The notes: generated by a model from the sequence alone, not told the origin. A stretch of 64,000 nt of DNA from an uncultured Chthonomonadaceae bacterium (GCA_963817895.1 CAWFQB010000004.1:320001-384000); one strand, 5' to 3'. Shown: positions 43,356-53,418, counted from the stretch's first letter. Translations and numbers: made by a program.

Positions 43356-44696
43356 ATGGACACGATTCGTTTCGCCGTAGAGTACAGTTCGCAGTATAAT
43401 CTACATTCCGTTGCGATTTACATAAATGGTCGTAGCCTTCTTGATTATGTTCGTGAAGTGGAACTGCCGTTTGCCACACAGGAAGGGCATCCTGAAATGG
43501 CTGGGGGATACGTTGGCTTGCCGCCCGAAGATGTATTGTTCCCTTCCGAACACTTTCTCGGCCAGCCACTTCAACGGCAGGAGGTCACGGAAGCAGGCAA
43601 AATCGCTGTGATGCAATGCTGCTGCGGTGTACCGGGCTGCTGGTCGCTCGTGGCGAGGGTAGATGTTGGCGCTGAAGTTGTAACATGGAGCGACTTTGAG
43701 CAGCCACAGCGGATGCCGAATTGGGGGCCATGCCATTGGAAGTATGAGGGTTGCGGGACATTTTACTTTGGGCGCAAACAGTACGAACAGGCATTGCTAA
43801 ATTTGTGGAAAGAAGAGTTGAACAGGGTGTCGCCTATTCTTGATCTGGAAGGATTGCCTTATCTGCCGCAATTGGAAGCGCTGATGGCTGCCGCGCCGCT
43901 GATATGGGAGCGCCCGGAAGTTGTCGCGCTCTGGATTGGCGGGAGTATTGCGCGGGGCAACGCGGATTGTTACAGCGATGTGGATCTGCGCGTCGCCGTT
44001 GCGCCGGATGCGCTGGATGCGTGGCGGCAGGTTGACTTGAATACGCTGTTTGCCGGTAACTGCGTGGCGCGTGTCCTGCTGACATTTGGCGAACACACCC
44101 TTTTGCATCATCTGGTACTGGCGTCTGGCGACATTTACGACGTGTGGGTTCAAAGCGCAGACGAAGCCGTACACGATGAATTTATTTTAACGCTGGCCTG
44201 CCGTAATGAGAAATTCGCGGCCAAACTGCGCGCGCCGGAGTGTGCGCCTCTAACCGCGCCGCAACCCGCCGATGGAGAAACTGTTCGGCGATTGCTGGAG
44301 AGTTTCTGGATCAACACGCACAAGCACCGTAAAGTGCTGCATCGCGGCCTGCATCTGCTTGCCCTGACCGGCGTCCACAACGAGCGGCAACTTCTAATGC
44401 GGCTGTGGCACATTCAAGCAACCAACTGCGACTGCGGCGAAATGCAAACCCAAACCATTCACGGCCTGACGCATCTCATGCAAACCGTAGAGCAGATCAG
44501 GGGCAGTGAAGCGCTGGAAGTTATTGGCGCATCTGTTGCAAGCCGAAATGACATTTATCGCGCAATCGAACAGTTGCGAGATCAGGTGACACAGACAGGG
44601 CGTATGTTGTCGCAAACGCTGAATTTCCCTTACCCCGATGCCATCGAACAAGTTGCGCGGCAAGGCTGGCAGGAATATATGCGGCAGCAATCCTGA
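43356..44696 (+). CDS. Unknown Cys-motif domain fused to a Pol-beta-type nucleotidyltransferase domain
   Basis: N-terminal CCCGVPGC; central GGSIARGNADCYSDVDL (GS..DxD); helical C-terminus. Confidence 0.7.
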   Translation: MDTIRFAVEYSSQYNLHSVAIYINGRSLLDYVREVELPFATQEGHPEMAGGYVGLPPEDVLFPSEHFLGQPLQRQEVTEAGKIAVMQCCCGVPGCWSLVARVDVGAEVVTWSDFEQPQRMPNWGPCHWKYEGCGTFYFGRKQYEQALLNLWKEELNRVSPILDLEGLPYLPQLEALMAAAPLIWERPEVVALWIGGSIARGNADCYSDVDLRVAVAPDALDAWRQVDLNTLFAGNCVARVLLTFGEHTLLHHLVLASGDIYDVWVQSADEAVHDEFILTLACRNEKFAAKLRAPECAPLTAPQPADGETVRRLLESFWINTHKHRKVLHRGLHLLALTGVHNERQLLMRLWHIQATNCDCGEMQTQTIHGLTHLMQTVEQIRGSEALEVIGASVASRNDIYRAIEQLRDQVTQTGRMLSQTLNFPYPDAIEQVARQGWQEYMRQQS

Positions 44697-44699
44697 AAA

Positions 44700-44766
44700 T
44701 AGCCCTCAACCCGGGCGTCCACCTGGGGACATGCCCCTTCTCCCAAAAAGCCTGGGAGAAGGGGAG
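44700..44766. repeat. REP-like CCCTCAACCC...GGGAGAAGGGG element with a short internal insertion
   Basis: tagccctcaaccc + ~20 nt + gccccttctcccaaaaagcctgggagaaggggag. Confidence 0.85.
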
Positions 44767-44867
44767 TCATTTGTTTTCATGCGGGACAAACAGAAGCGGC
44801 AGACTGAGAATGTCAGACTACCGCCTTTATTTCATGGCGCTGAATTATTCAACGCCTGCAAACAGCG

Positions 44868-45197
44868 TTACATTTTGTGCATACGCTTGTAAGAGGCAAG
44901 TTCGCGCTGATCAAACTTCAATTTCTGCGCGTGGCGGTATTTAGCCTGCTGCGCTTTGTGAATGTCCTTTGAGGTCTGTTTCGCATAAGCGAACTGGCTG
45001 TGCGCCTTCTGGTCGTCGCGCTTGGTCATCATATCGTGGATATGCTGCTGGTCCTGCTGAACGGCATCAAGATCGCGGCGAACGTTAGCGTTCAACTTGT
45101 CATACGTCGCATCGGCGCGCGCGCCGGAAATACTGCCCACTCCAAACAAGACCACGCTCAAACCCAACAGGGCGGTGGCTTTCATTAATCTTGACAT
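44868..45197 (-). CDS. Small secreted basic helical protein
   Basis: AGGAG RBS, signal peptide ending ARA, K/Q/H-rich mature part. Confidence 0.7.
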   Translation of the reverse strand: MSRLMKATALLGLSVVLFGVGSISGARADATYDKLNANVRRDLDAVQQDQQHIHDMMTKRDDQKAHSQFAYAKQTSKDIHKAQQAKYRHAQKLKFDQRELASYKRMHKM

Positions 45198-45454
45198 GTC
45201 GGTCTCTCCTTAAACGGTGCTGTACTTCTGTTTGCGGCTCATACAAGCCAAAACGCAGAAGTGAATACGAGCAGGCTTGCCGCGCTCAAAGCGCCCAATG
45301 CCTGTACGCTGCATAAACGACGGAACACAGGGGCAGAATGTTCGCTTTTATCTGCAAGATACATTTTCTGCGTGGAAGACACCCTTCTGATAAGGTGGTA
45401 GAATACAATCAGCAGAATTGTTTACGCGCAGGAATCAGGCATACAGGAACAAGC

Positions 45455-48088
45455 ATGAGTGTACAGGAACATAACAGCGGAAGAAACGGCAGGGGCAGCA
45501 GGCGACAGCATTGCGCCGCGCGACACATACAAATTGTATTAACGCTCGGCCTCGCCATGCTATCCCTTGCCGCCGCGTGTCAGCAGGCGCGTCAGGGAAC
45601 AGTAGGGAGCCAGGGAGATAGGGAGACAGGGACACACGGAGACAAGGAGCCTCAATCAAAAATCGAAAATCGAAAATCGGCAATCCCTTCATCCCTCATC
45701 CCTCATCCCTCATCCCTGAGTGATATTCGTCCGCTTCTGGAAGCGAAATGTCTGGGCTGCCATGGGGTGGGGAACCGATTGGCGGGACTGGATTTGCGAA
45801 CCCGCGAGTCCGCGCTGAAAGGTGGGACGCGGGGCGCGGCGTTTGTGCCGGGTAAATCCGATAAAAGCCTGCTGATACAACTGGTCAATGGCAATCGCGC
45901 GCCCCTGATGCCGCCAACCGGCAAACTGCCTGCCGGAGAAATCGCCCTGCTCAAACATTGGATTGACAGCGGCGCGACATGGCCTTCGGGCGCGATCACC
46001 AAAGCGCAGCCGCAAGTGTGGTGGTCGTTTCGCGCGCCTAAAACGCCGCCCATTCCCAATATCCATTCCGCGTGGATACGCAACCCCATTGACGCTTTTG
46101 TACTTGCCAAACTTCAGGAAAACGGCTTGAAGCCGTCCCCGCCCGCGCCCCGTCGCGTTCTCATTCGCCGCGCCTATTTCGACCTGATTGGCCTGCCGCC
46201 CACGCCCGCCGAAACGGAAGCGTTTCTTAACGATAAATCTCCGACTGCTTGGGAAAAGGTTGTGGATGGCCTGCTGGCTTCACCGCGCTATGGCGAACGG
46301 TGGGGACGGCACTGGCTGGATTTGGCGCGTTATGCCGACAGCGGCGGGTTTGAGGGCGACAAAGACCGGACGCTCGCGTGGCGGTATCGCGACTACGTGA
46401 TAGACGCCTTCAATCAGGACAAGCCGTACAACGAATTTGTGCGCGAACAGATTGCGGGCGACGAACTCAAGCCCAATGACCCCAACGCCCTCATCGCCAC
46501 CGGCTATCTCGCCTGCGGGCCGCAGGACATTGTGGAAAACAACGCCCGAACCCGCGCCAACGAACTCGATGACCTTGTGGCGACAACGGGTTCAGTCATG
46601 CTCGGCCTGACTGTGGGTTGCGCCCGCTGCCACGACCACAAATACGATCCGGTCAAGCAGACGGATTATTACCGGCTGTCCGCCATTTTCGCCCCGACCG
46701 AACGGCGCGAAGTGGAGTGCGCGAGTGTGGAAGAGCGCCGCGTGGTTACGGAACATAACGCGCCCCTGGAAAAACAACTGGCTGCGTTGCGTCCACAGGC
46801 GGACGCTTTGCGCAAGCAGGGCGAAGAAGCGGCGAAAAAGGCGGGACAGGCAAAGCCCGATGACGCGCAAATACTCGCCGCGCTGCCGCAAACACAGCGC
46901 GGGCAACTTCAAGCCTTGCAACAGCAAATCAAGGGACTGGAAGCGCAGCGCATGGACGTTCCCCACGCGCAAGTCGTTATGGACAAAGGCCGCGACTTTC
47001 CCGCCGCGCATTTATTATTGCGCGGCGACGCTTATCATCCCGGCGATGAGGTGAAACCCGGCTTCGTGTGTTCCCTTCCGGATGGCGCGACCGACATCGC
47101 TCCCGCCCCCGCGAACGCGACCACAACCGGCAGGCGTACCGCGCTTGCCGACTGGCTGACAAGCGCGCAAAATCCGCTCACCGCCCGCGTGTGGGTCAAC
47201 CGCGTCTGGCGGCAGCACTTCGGCAGAGGCTTGGTCAACACCCCAAGCAACTTCGGACTGAATGGCGAACTCCCTTCCCACCCGGAACTGCTGGACTGGC
47301 TGGCAAGCCGCTTTGCTGCAAAGGATGAAGGCGGAAGGATGAAGGATGAAGGGAAGATACGAGATACAAGATACGAGATACGAGAAGGAGAGAATTCATC
47401 CTCCATCCTTCATCCTTCATCCTTTGCATGGCATCTCAAACCTCTGCACCGCCTGATGCTGCTTTCGTCCACGTATCAGCAGGCGTCGGATATGCGCGAG
47501 GAGGGGATGAAAGCCGACGCGCAGGATAAATACTACTGGCGGATGCCTGTGCGCCGGTTGGAAGCCGAACCTATCCGCGACAGTATTCTGAAGCTGGCCG
47601 GAAGTTTGAATTTGCAGATGGGCGGCCCGCCCGTGTATCCGCCCATTGACCCGTCCCTGCGCGCCGACACGTTTCAAGGCCCCAACTGGCATGATGGCGA
47701 GGATGGGCCTTCCACATGGCGGCGCAGCGTGTACGTCAAGGTGAAACGCTCGACTCTCCTGCCCGAACTGGAAGTGTTCGACTGCCCGGAAATCACGTAC
47801 ACCGTCGCGCAGCGCAATGTCACGACCACGCCCCTGCAAGCCCTGACCCTGCTCAACGATCCGCTGATTCTGCGGCAGGCGGGATTGTTCGCGCAGCGGC
47901 TCCAAAAAGAGTATCCCGACAATCCGCGTCAACAGGTAGAACGCGCCTACCAATTAGCCTTTAGCCGACTGCCCTCCGCGCAGGAATTAAGTCTAAGTCT
48001 AGCGTTTATGCAAAAGCGCGACGCGTCCGCCCTGCCCGACTTCTGCCACGCCCTGTTCAACCTGAACGAGTTCGTCTACGTGCCATAA
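45455..48088 (+). CDS. Planctomycete cytochrome c / DUF1549 / DUF1553 (PSD1) protein with two repeat-derived inserts
   Basis: CLGCH, NPIDAFV, YGERWGRHWLDLARYAD, GCARCHDHKYDP, SHPELLDWLA, RRLEAEPIRD, TPLQALTLLN, NEFVY. Confidence 0.92.
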   Translation: MSVQEHNSGRNGRGSRRQHCAARHIQIVLTLGLAMLSLAAACQQARQGTVGSQGDRETGTHGDKEPQSKIENRKSAIPSSLIPHPSSLSDIRPLLEAKCLGCHGVGNRLAGLDLRTRESALKGGTRGAAFVPGKSDKSLLIQLVNGNRAPLMPPTGKLPAGEIALLKHWIDSGATWPSGAITKAQPQVWWSFRAPKTPPIPNIHSAWIRNPIDAFVLAKLQENGLKPSPPAPRRVLIRRAYFDLIGLPPTPAETEAFLNDKSPTAWEKVVDGLLASPRYGERWGRHWLDLARYADSGGFEGDKDRTLAWRYRDYVIDAFNQDKPYNEFVREQIAGDELKPNDPNALIATGYLACGPQDIVENNARTRANELDDLVATTGSVMLGLTVGCARCHDHKYDPVKQTDYYRLSAIFAPTERREVECASVEERRVVTEHNAPLEKQLAALRPQADALRKQGEEAAKKAGQAKPDDAQILAALPQTQRGQLQALQQQIKGLEAQRMDVPHAQVVMDKGRDFPAAHLLLRGDAYHPGDEVKPGFVCSLPDGATDIAPAPANATTTGRRTALADWLTSAQNPLTARVWVNRVWRQHFGRGLVNTPSNFGLNGELPSHPELLDWLASRFAAKDEGGRMKDEGKIRDTRYEIREGENSSSILHPSSFAWHLKPLHRLMLLSSTYQQASDMREEGMKADAQDKYYWRMPVRRLEAEPIRDSILKLAGSLNLQMGGPPVYPPIDPSLRADTFQGPNWHDGEDGPSTWRRSVYVKVKRSTLLPELEVFDCPEITYTVAQRNVTTTPLQALTLLNDPLILRQAGLFAQRLQKEYPDNPRQQVERAYQLAFSRLPSAQELSLSLAFMQKRDASALPDFCHALFNLNEFVYVP
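45593..45717. repeat. In-frame compound repeat (AGGGAGAC)n-(AAAATCG)n-(CATCCCT)x4
   Basis: Encodes QGTVGSQGDRETGTHGDKEPQSKIENRKSAIPSSLIPHPSSL just before the cytochrome c domain. Confidence 0.88.
47321..47424. repeat. In-frame heptamer hairpin (AAGGATG)n-(GATACGA)x4-(CATCCTT)n
   Basis: Encodes KDEGGRMKDEGKIRDTRYEIREGENSSSILHPSSF; the core is nearly identical to 1168-1237. Confidence 0.92.
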
Positions 48089-48120
48089 TATACAATGATG
48101 AAGCAAAGGTTGAATGGCTG

Positions 48121-48521
48121 ATGATTTCCACTGCTGATCTAAAATTAATCGCTCGCGCTCGGTTGAAGGATGCAGATGTTCTTTTTCGCAACAAGCGTTA
48201 CGATTGTGCCGTCTATGTATGTGGATATGCCGTTGAAGTAGCTTTGAAAGCGCGGGTTTGTCAGACATTGAGCTGGGCAGGCTTCCCGGAAACTAACAGC
48301 GAATTTGCACAATACAAAAGTTTGCAGACACATAATCTTGATACTCTATTGCATTTGTCTGGCATTGAAGCCGCTATTAAAACAGGCTTCTATCGCAATG
48401 GTCTGATGTCTTAACTTGGAATTCGGAAATGCGTTATCAGCGTATTGGAACAACAACGGATGTAAGGGCTTTGATCATAATTCGCGCAGCGCGTGTTCTG
48501 GTCAAGAGGATAATTCCATGA
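48121..48521 (+). CDS. HEPN domain protein, frameshift near 48390
   Basis: ARLKDADVL..AVYVCGYAVEVALKA..THNL; the next frame gives WNSEMRY...IP* ending at 48521. Confidence 0.8.
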
Positions 48522-48985
48522 ATACATCAGTACTCCAACTTCTGGATAAACTAACCCGATTAGAACAAGAATTTGCCAGTAACTACGGCGCATTCTCCTT
48601 ATTTGCTCTAATGTTGCGTGAAGAAGCGAATGATCGGTGGGATTTAGTTGTTTCCGCAACATGGCTTGAACAGATTAATACCAATCCTGTCACGACCATT
48701 TTCTCAAAAAGTTTGGGGATATATCGTCCTAACCATGACAGCTTTTTTTTCAGGTTAGGGCAGGTTCTCACCTCTGATGAACTCATCATGCTATCACGGG
48801 TAGTTACGCTGGCTCCAGATACAAGTTTTGTTCAAACTATGAACAAACTTTATAGCCTTGAACATGCTATAAGCGAATTTACGAACCTTGAAGTTGACGG
48901 CGTAGATTTCAAGCGTGGTTATGTGATTACGTCACAATCAACTGCTGCGACAATGCCTCAACAATATGCTAAGGTTGTTTTGTAA
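48518..48985 (+). CDS. Hypothetical protein, probable partner of the HEPN protein
   Basis: ATGA overlap; FSLFALMLREE..WDLVVSATW; AT-richer than flanking genes. Confidence 0.7.
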   Translation: MNTSVLQLLDKLTRLEQEFASNYGAFSLFALMLREEANDRWDLVVSATWLEQINTNPVTTIFSKSLGIYRPNHDSFFFRLGQVLTSDELIMLSRVVTLAPDTSFVQTMNKLYSLEHAISEFTNLEVDGVDFKRGYVITSQSTAATMPQQYAKVVL

Positions 48986-48997
48986 GAGGATGTAACC

Positions 48998-50482
48998 ATG
49001 GCGGAACATGACGATCATAGTGGGCCGGACACCATTGCGCGGCGGGACTTTCTGGCGCGCGCGGGCGGCGGCATCGGCGGACTGGCGCTGGCGTTTCTGC
49101 TCGGCGAAGAGGGCGCTTCAGGAGAAGGGGTCAGGAGTCAGGCGGCAGGGGACAGGGGAAAACCACTGCTCGACACCCAAAACCCTTTGTTTCCGAAAAA
49201 GCCGCATTTCGCGCCCAAAGTGAAGCGGGTGATTTCCTTATTTATGTTCGGAGGAATCAGCCATATTGATACGTTCGACCCGAAAAGCGAACTTATCAAG
49301 CAGGATGGCGCTTCGGTTGCGGGGCGTCCCGGCTTTGATACGGGCGGGCGGAGCGCGCCCGGGAAACTGATGAAAAGCCCCTGGCAGTTCAAGCCCTATG
49401 GACAGTGCGGAATGCCCGTGTCCGACCTGTTGCCCCACATCGGAAGCTGCGCCGACGATATTGCCCTGATTCGTTCCATGAAGTCCGACAGCAATAACCA
49501 CGTTCCGGCTGTGTACCACATGCTGACCGGCAGTATTTTGAGTGGCAGGCCGGGATTGGGCAACTGGATTACCTATGGATTGGGAACCGAAAACCAGAAC
49601 CTGCCCGCGTTTGTCGTAATGACCGATCCGCGCGCTCTTGTCGGCGGCGGCGCGGGCAACTGGAGCGCGGGCTTTCTTCCCTCCAACTATCAGGGCGTAC
49701 AGTTCCGCAGTCAGGGTTTGCCAGTTCTCAACCTGAAGCCGCCCGCAGGCGTGACGCCCGAAAAGCAGCGCGAACATCTGGATTTCATCGGGAAACTCAA
49801 TGAGGAGTTTCTGCGCGGACGTCCGGGCGAGCAGGAATTGGCGGCGCGAATACGGGCGTATGAACTGGCGTATCGAATGCAGTCGGAAGCGACTGAAGCC
49901 GTAGATTTGAGCCGCGAGTCCGAAGCCACGAAAACCCTGTACGGTCTGGACAAACCCCAAACCGAAATCGTCGGGCGGCAATGCCTGCTGGCGCGTCGGC
50001 TGGTGGAGCGCGGCGTTCGGTTCGTGCAGATCTATTCGGGCGGCGGCGTGTTCGACCAGAGTTGGGACGCGCATAACGCGATGGTTCCCAACCACACGAT
50101 GCGGGCGGGCGAAATTGACCTGCCGATAGCCGGATTGATTCGCGACCTGAAACAGCGCGGTCTATTTGAAGATACCCTGCTCGTGTTCCATACCGAGTTT
50201 GGCCGGATGCCGTTTACCGAGGGCAGCGTGGGCCGTGACCACAACCCCAAAGCGTTTTCCGTGTGGCTGGCGGGCGGCGGCATTAAAGGCGGGACCATCT
50301 ATGGCGCGTCCGATGAAATCGGCTATGTCGCGTCGGAAAACGTCCAGACGGTGTACGACCTGAACGCCACCATTCTGCACCTGCTCGGTCTGGAACACAC
50401 CCATCTGACCTATCAATACGGTGGCCGCAACATGCGCCTGACCGACGTAAGCGGCGAAGTCATTCATCCTATATTGGCGTAA
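48998..50482 (+). CDS. DUF1501 family protein (Tat-like signal)
   Basis: RRDFL, GGISHIDTFDPK, ARRLVERGVRFVQ, WDAH, EFGRMP, GRDHNP. Confidence 0.92.
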   Translation: MAEHDDHSGPDTIARRDFLARAGGGIGGLALAFLLGEEGASGEGVRSQAAGDRGKPLLDTQNPLFPKKPHFAPKVKRVISLFMFGGISHIDTFDPKSELIKQDGASVAGRPGFDTGGRSAPGKLMKSPWQFKPYGQCGMPVSDLLPHIGSCADDIALIRSMKSDSNNHVPAVYHMLTGSILSGRPGLGNWITYGLGTENQNLPAFVVMTDPRALVGGGAGNWSAGFLPSNYQGVQFRSQGLPVLNLKPPAGVTPEKQREHLDFIGKLNEEFLRGRPGEQELAARIRAYELAYRMQSEATEAVDLSRESEATKTLYGLDKPQTEIVGRQCLLARRLVERGVRFVQIYSGGGVFDQSWDAHNAMVPNHTMRAGEIDLPIAGLIRDLKQRGLFEDTLLVFHTEFGRMPFTEGSVGRDHNPKAFSVWLAGGGIKGGTIYGASDEIGYVASENVQTVYDLNATILHLLGLEHTHLTYQYGGRNMRLTDVSGEVIHPILA

Positions 50483-50495
50483 AGGAGTTTAGCGC

Positions 50496-51752
50496 GTGAA
50501 GAAGCATCTTTCAACAACGGCAGCGGGCGTACTTGCGCTAGGTTTGGGAATGGGAGTGTTGGCGGTGGGAGCGCAGAATGTGGATAAGCCGGGGAATGTG
50601 GTTCCTGTCGCACAGGCGGGGCGGGTGAAGTGGCGCAAGGTGGTCATCAACCCCAACTCGGATTTTGAGGCGGCAAGCGCGGCGGACATCAACGGCGATG
50701 GCAAACTCGACATCGTGAGCGGCGATACATGGTACGAAGCCCCGAACTGGACGCCGCACAAGTTTCGCGAGATCGGCGTATGGGGACGCGACGCCAACAA
50801 CAGCGGTTATCGCGCCGACTTCGCCGATTTGCCCGTAGACTGCAACGGCGACGGGAATATAGACATTGTTTCGTCCGATTACGCGACGGGAGAGATTTTC
50901 TGGCACGAGAACCCCGGCAAGGCGAAATTGAATGGCGCGATGTGGGAAAAGCATCTGATTGCCAAACCCGGCAGCGCGGAAACAACGGTCTTCGCGCCCC
51001 TGCTCGGCAAGAAAGACATTTGCGTTTTGCCCAATTGCGGCGGGCAGGTCGTGTGGTACGAACTACGTAAAGGCGCGTCGAAGAGCGACAAGCCGCAGTG
51101 GGTGGAACATGTTGTCGGCAAGGAGGGCGCGGGACACGGTATTGGCTTTGGCGATGTGAACGGCGACGGCAAATGCGATTTAATCACGCCGCATGGCTGG
51201 TACGAGAATGTGGACGCCCGCAACGACAAATGGACATGGCACAAGGATTGGGAGTGCAATCCGGGCGATTTAGGCATTGGAACGCCAACTCTGGATGTGG
51301 ACGGGAGCGGGCATAACTCCATCGTGTTCGGCAGCGGACACCATTACGGCCTGTACTGGCTGCGCCCGACAATGGAAAACGGTGCGGCAAAGTGGACACA
51401 GGAGCCGATAGATACAAGTTGGTCACAGGCGCATACCCTGATTCTGGCCGATCTGGAAGGCAACAAGCAGCCGGTGATTCTGACGGGCAAGCGGTACAAA
51501 GCGCACGACCACGATCCGGGCGCGGGCGACCCGCTTTGCATATACTATTATAAATATGACCGCAAGGGCAAGGCATGGCAGAAAGTCGTGGTTGACGAAG
51601 GGACGCAGGCGGGAACCGGGCTGCAATTAACCGCCGTTGATTTGCGGCATACGGGACGGCTGGACATTATCGCGCCCGGTAAAAGCGGCCTGTATTTGTT
51701 TTGCAATGATGGATATGTGAAGGGCGACACCAAAGGCGCAGCCGCAAAATGA
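50496..51752 (+). CDS. Secreted FG-GAP/VCBS repeat protein
   Basis: Signal peptide; DINGDGKLDIV, DCNGDGNIDIV, DVNGDGKCDLI. Confidence 0.88.
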   Translation: MKKHLSTTAAGVLALGLGMGVLAVGAQNVDKPGNVVPVAQAGRVKWRKVVINPNSDFEAASAADINGDGKLDIVSGDTWYEAPNWTPHKFREIGVWGRDANNSGYRADFADLPVDCNGDGNIDIVSSDYATGEIFWHENPGKAKLNGAMWEKHLIAKPGSAETTVFAPLLGKKDICVLPNCGGQVVWYELRKGASKSDKPQWVEHVVGKEGAGHGIGFGDVNGDGKCDLITPHGWYENVDARNDKWTWHKDWECNPGDLGIGTPTLDVDGSGHNSIVFGSGHHYGLYWLRPTMENGAAKWTQEPIDTSWSQAHTLILADLEGNKQPVILTGKRYKAHDHDPGAGDPLCIYYYKYDRKGKAWQKVVVDEGTQAGTGLQLTAVDLRHTGRLDIIAPGKSGLYLFCNDGYVKGDTKGAAAK

Positions 51753-53299
51753 ATTACTTGCTGCCGGACAGACAAATGCTTTCAACTTCGGGCCTTCAAT
51801 TAAAAGGCTCCCCTTCTCCCAAAAGAGCCTGGGAGAAGGGGCTGGGGGTTGAGGGCTATTTTCAAATCAGACGCCTGCTGCCCGTGTTATGCCTGTTGCT
51901 GTCCCTTATGATTTGCGGAATTTCGGCAGGCGCAGACATTTCGCCGCAGCTTCTTGCGCGGGCGAAAGGCGCGACCGCGCTGGTGGAAGTGAGAAGCGGC
52001 GAGGGGTTCGGTTCGGCCTTTTGCATTGACCCGGCAGGCATATTCGTGACCAATCAGCATGTCGTCGAATCCGCCGAAAACAAGACCGTCAAACTAATTC
52101 TCAATCCGGGTGAAGCCGGTCAGAAAGCGGTTGTCGCGCAGGTTTTGCGGGCGGACAAAGTATTAGATTTAGCCCTCCTGCAAGTGAATCCACCGGGCGC
52201 GTTTACCACTCTGCCCGTTGGCAACAGCGATGGCCTGATGGAAACCGCGTCCGTGATTGCGCTTGGCTACCCGTTCGGCAAAGATTTGGCAACGCAACAG
52301 GGCGAATATCCCAATGTGTCGGTAAGTCTGGGGCATATTACGGCCCTGCGCAAAAGCCGGGGAGCCTTGAACTCCATTCAACTGGACGCCGCGCTCAATC
52401 CGGGGAATTCTGGCGGACCGGTGCTGAATTCATCCGGGCAGGTCATCGGCATTGTGCAGGCGGGCATCCCCGGCGCGTCCATCAATTTCGCCATTCCCAT
52501 CAACGCGCTCACCAGACTACAGAACGCGACAGACTTGAGCTTATCCCCGCTTCAAATTCCAACGCTTCAGTGCCACGACGCGCAAACCTTCCTGATTCAC
52601 ATCGTCAGCTTGCGCCACTCCCGCGCCAATATCACGATAGATATGGAATTAGACGCGGGCAATGGCCCGCGCCGCTTTTCCGCAAAAGCAAAAGACGCGA
52701 CAACGTTTACCGTGAGCGCGGTTCCCGTGCCGTCCGGCAATGCTTCACTACGCGAAACGCGGGGAGCGCGCTATCATCTTGTGGCGCGATTGGACGGCGC
52801 CATTATCGGCGAACAATCGGGCATCATCCGTATCGGAGAGATAGCCCCGCCCATGTTGCCAAAAGAGACTGCCGACGGAGCATTTGGGACCCCGTTTCAC
52901 AGCGACATGCGCCGACTTATCGCGGCGGCGGACAAAGGCTTCGCGTCTATCAAAGGCGCAGTACAGGGCGGAGAAAGCAAGCCGACCCTGTTGTTGCCCG
53001 GAAGCGTGGACGCGGTTCTCGAAGAAGCGGGAACGCTGCATCTGGCAACGTACATCTACCGCTTCGCAAATCATGGCGAGGCCGAGCATCAGCGAAATAA
53101 ATGTATAGACGCGCTCAAGAATCTGCTGCTGAAAGACTGGACATTGGAAGACCGCAATACCACAATGGCCTTCCTGCGCCACAATCCCGACGGGGAACCG
53201 GGCGCGAAACAGCCCATCGTCACTATTCTGGTATCTCGTCCCCTGAACGACTCCGGCAATTTTTTCTGGCTGAAAGTAACTTCGGTGGCTTCCCACTAG
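51749..53299 (+). CDS. Trypsin-like (S1C) serine protease with unknown C-terminal domains; start uncertain
   Basis: VTNQHVV, DLALL, NPGNSGGP catalytic triad. Confidence 0.88.
   Translation: MNYLLPDRQMLSTSGLQLKGSPSPKRAWEKGLGVEGYFQIRRLLPVLCLLLSLMICGISAGADISPQLLARAKGATALVEVRSGEGFGSAFCIDPAGIFVTNQHVVESAENKTVKLILNPGEAGQKAVVAQVLRADKVLDLALLQVNPPGAFTTLPVGNSDGLMETASVIALGYPFGKDLATQQGEYPNVSVSLGHITALRKSRGALNSIQLDAALNPGNSGGPVLNSSGQVIGIVQAGIPGASINFAIPINALTRLQNATDLSLSPLQIPTLQCHDAQTFLIHIVSLRHSRANITIDMELDAGNGPRRFSAKAKDATTFTVSAVPVPSGNASLRETRGARYHLVARLDGAIIGEQSGIIRIGEIAPPMLPKETADGAFGTPFHSDMRRLIAAADKGFASIKGAVQGGESKPTLLLPGSVDAVLEEAGTLHLATYIYRFANHGEAEHQRNKCIDALKNLLLKDWTLEDRNTTMAFLRHNPDGEPGAKQPIVTILVSRPLNDSGNFFWLKVTSVASH
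51808..51858. repeat. REP-like palindrome in the 5' part of the protease ORF
   Basis: ctccccttctcccaaaagagcctgggagaaggggctgggggttgagggcta; same family as 10060/10266. Confidence 0.88.
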
Positions 53300-53418
53300 A
53301 GCCTATCCCAACAGGCGATTGCATTTGCGTCCGAAGGACGCTTGGCCGCAGGCCACTCAGACGGGTACGTTCTTTGTACCCGGCCTATTGGAATAGGCAC
53401 TAAACTAAAGGTGAACGT

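Noticed and set aside
47321..47424. Coding inserts as introns, inteins or ribosome-bypassed segments
   Set aside because: No splice or intein motifs, the frame is preserved, and would-be stops are specifically removed, which favours plain translation.
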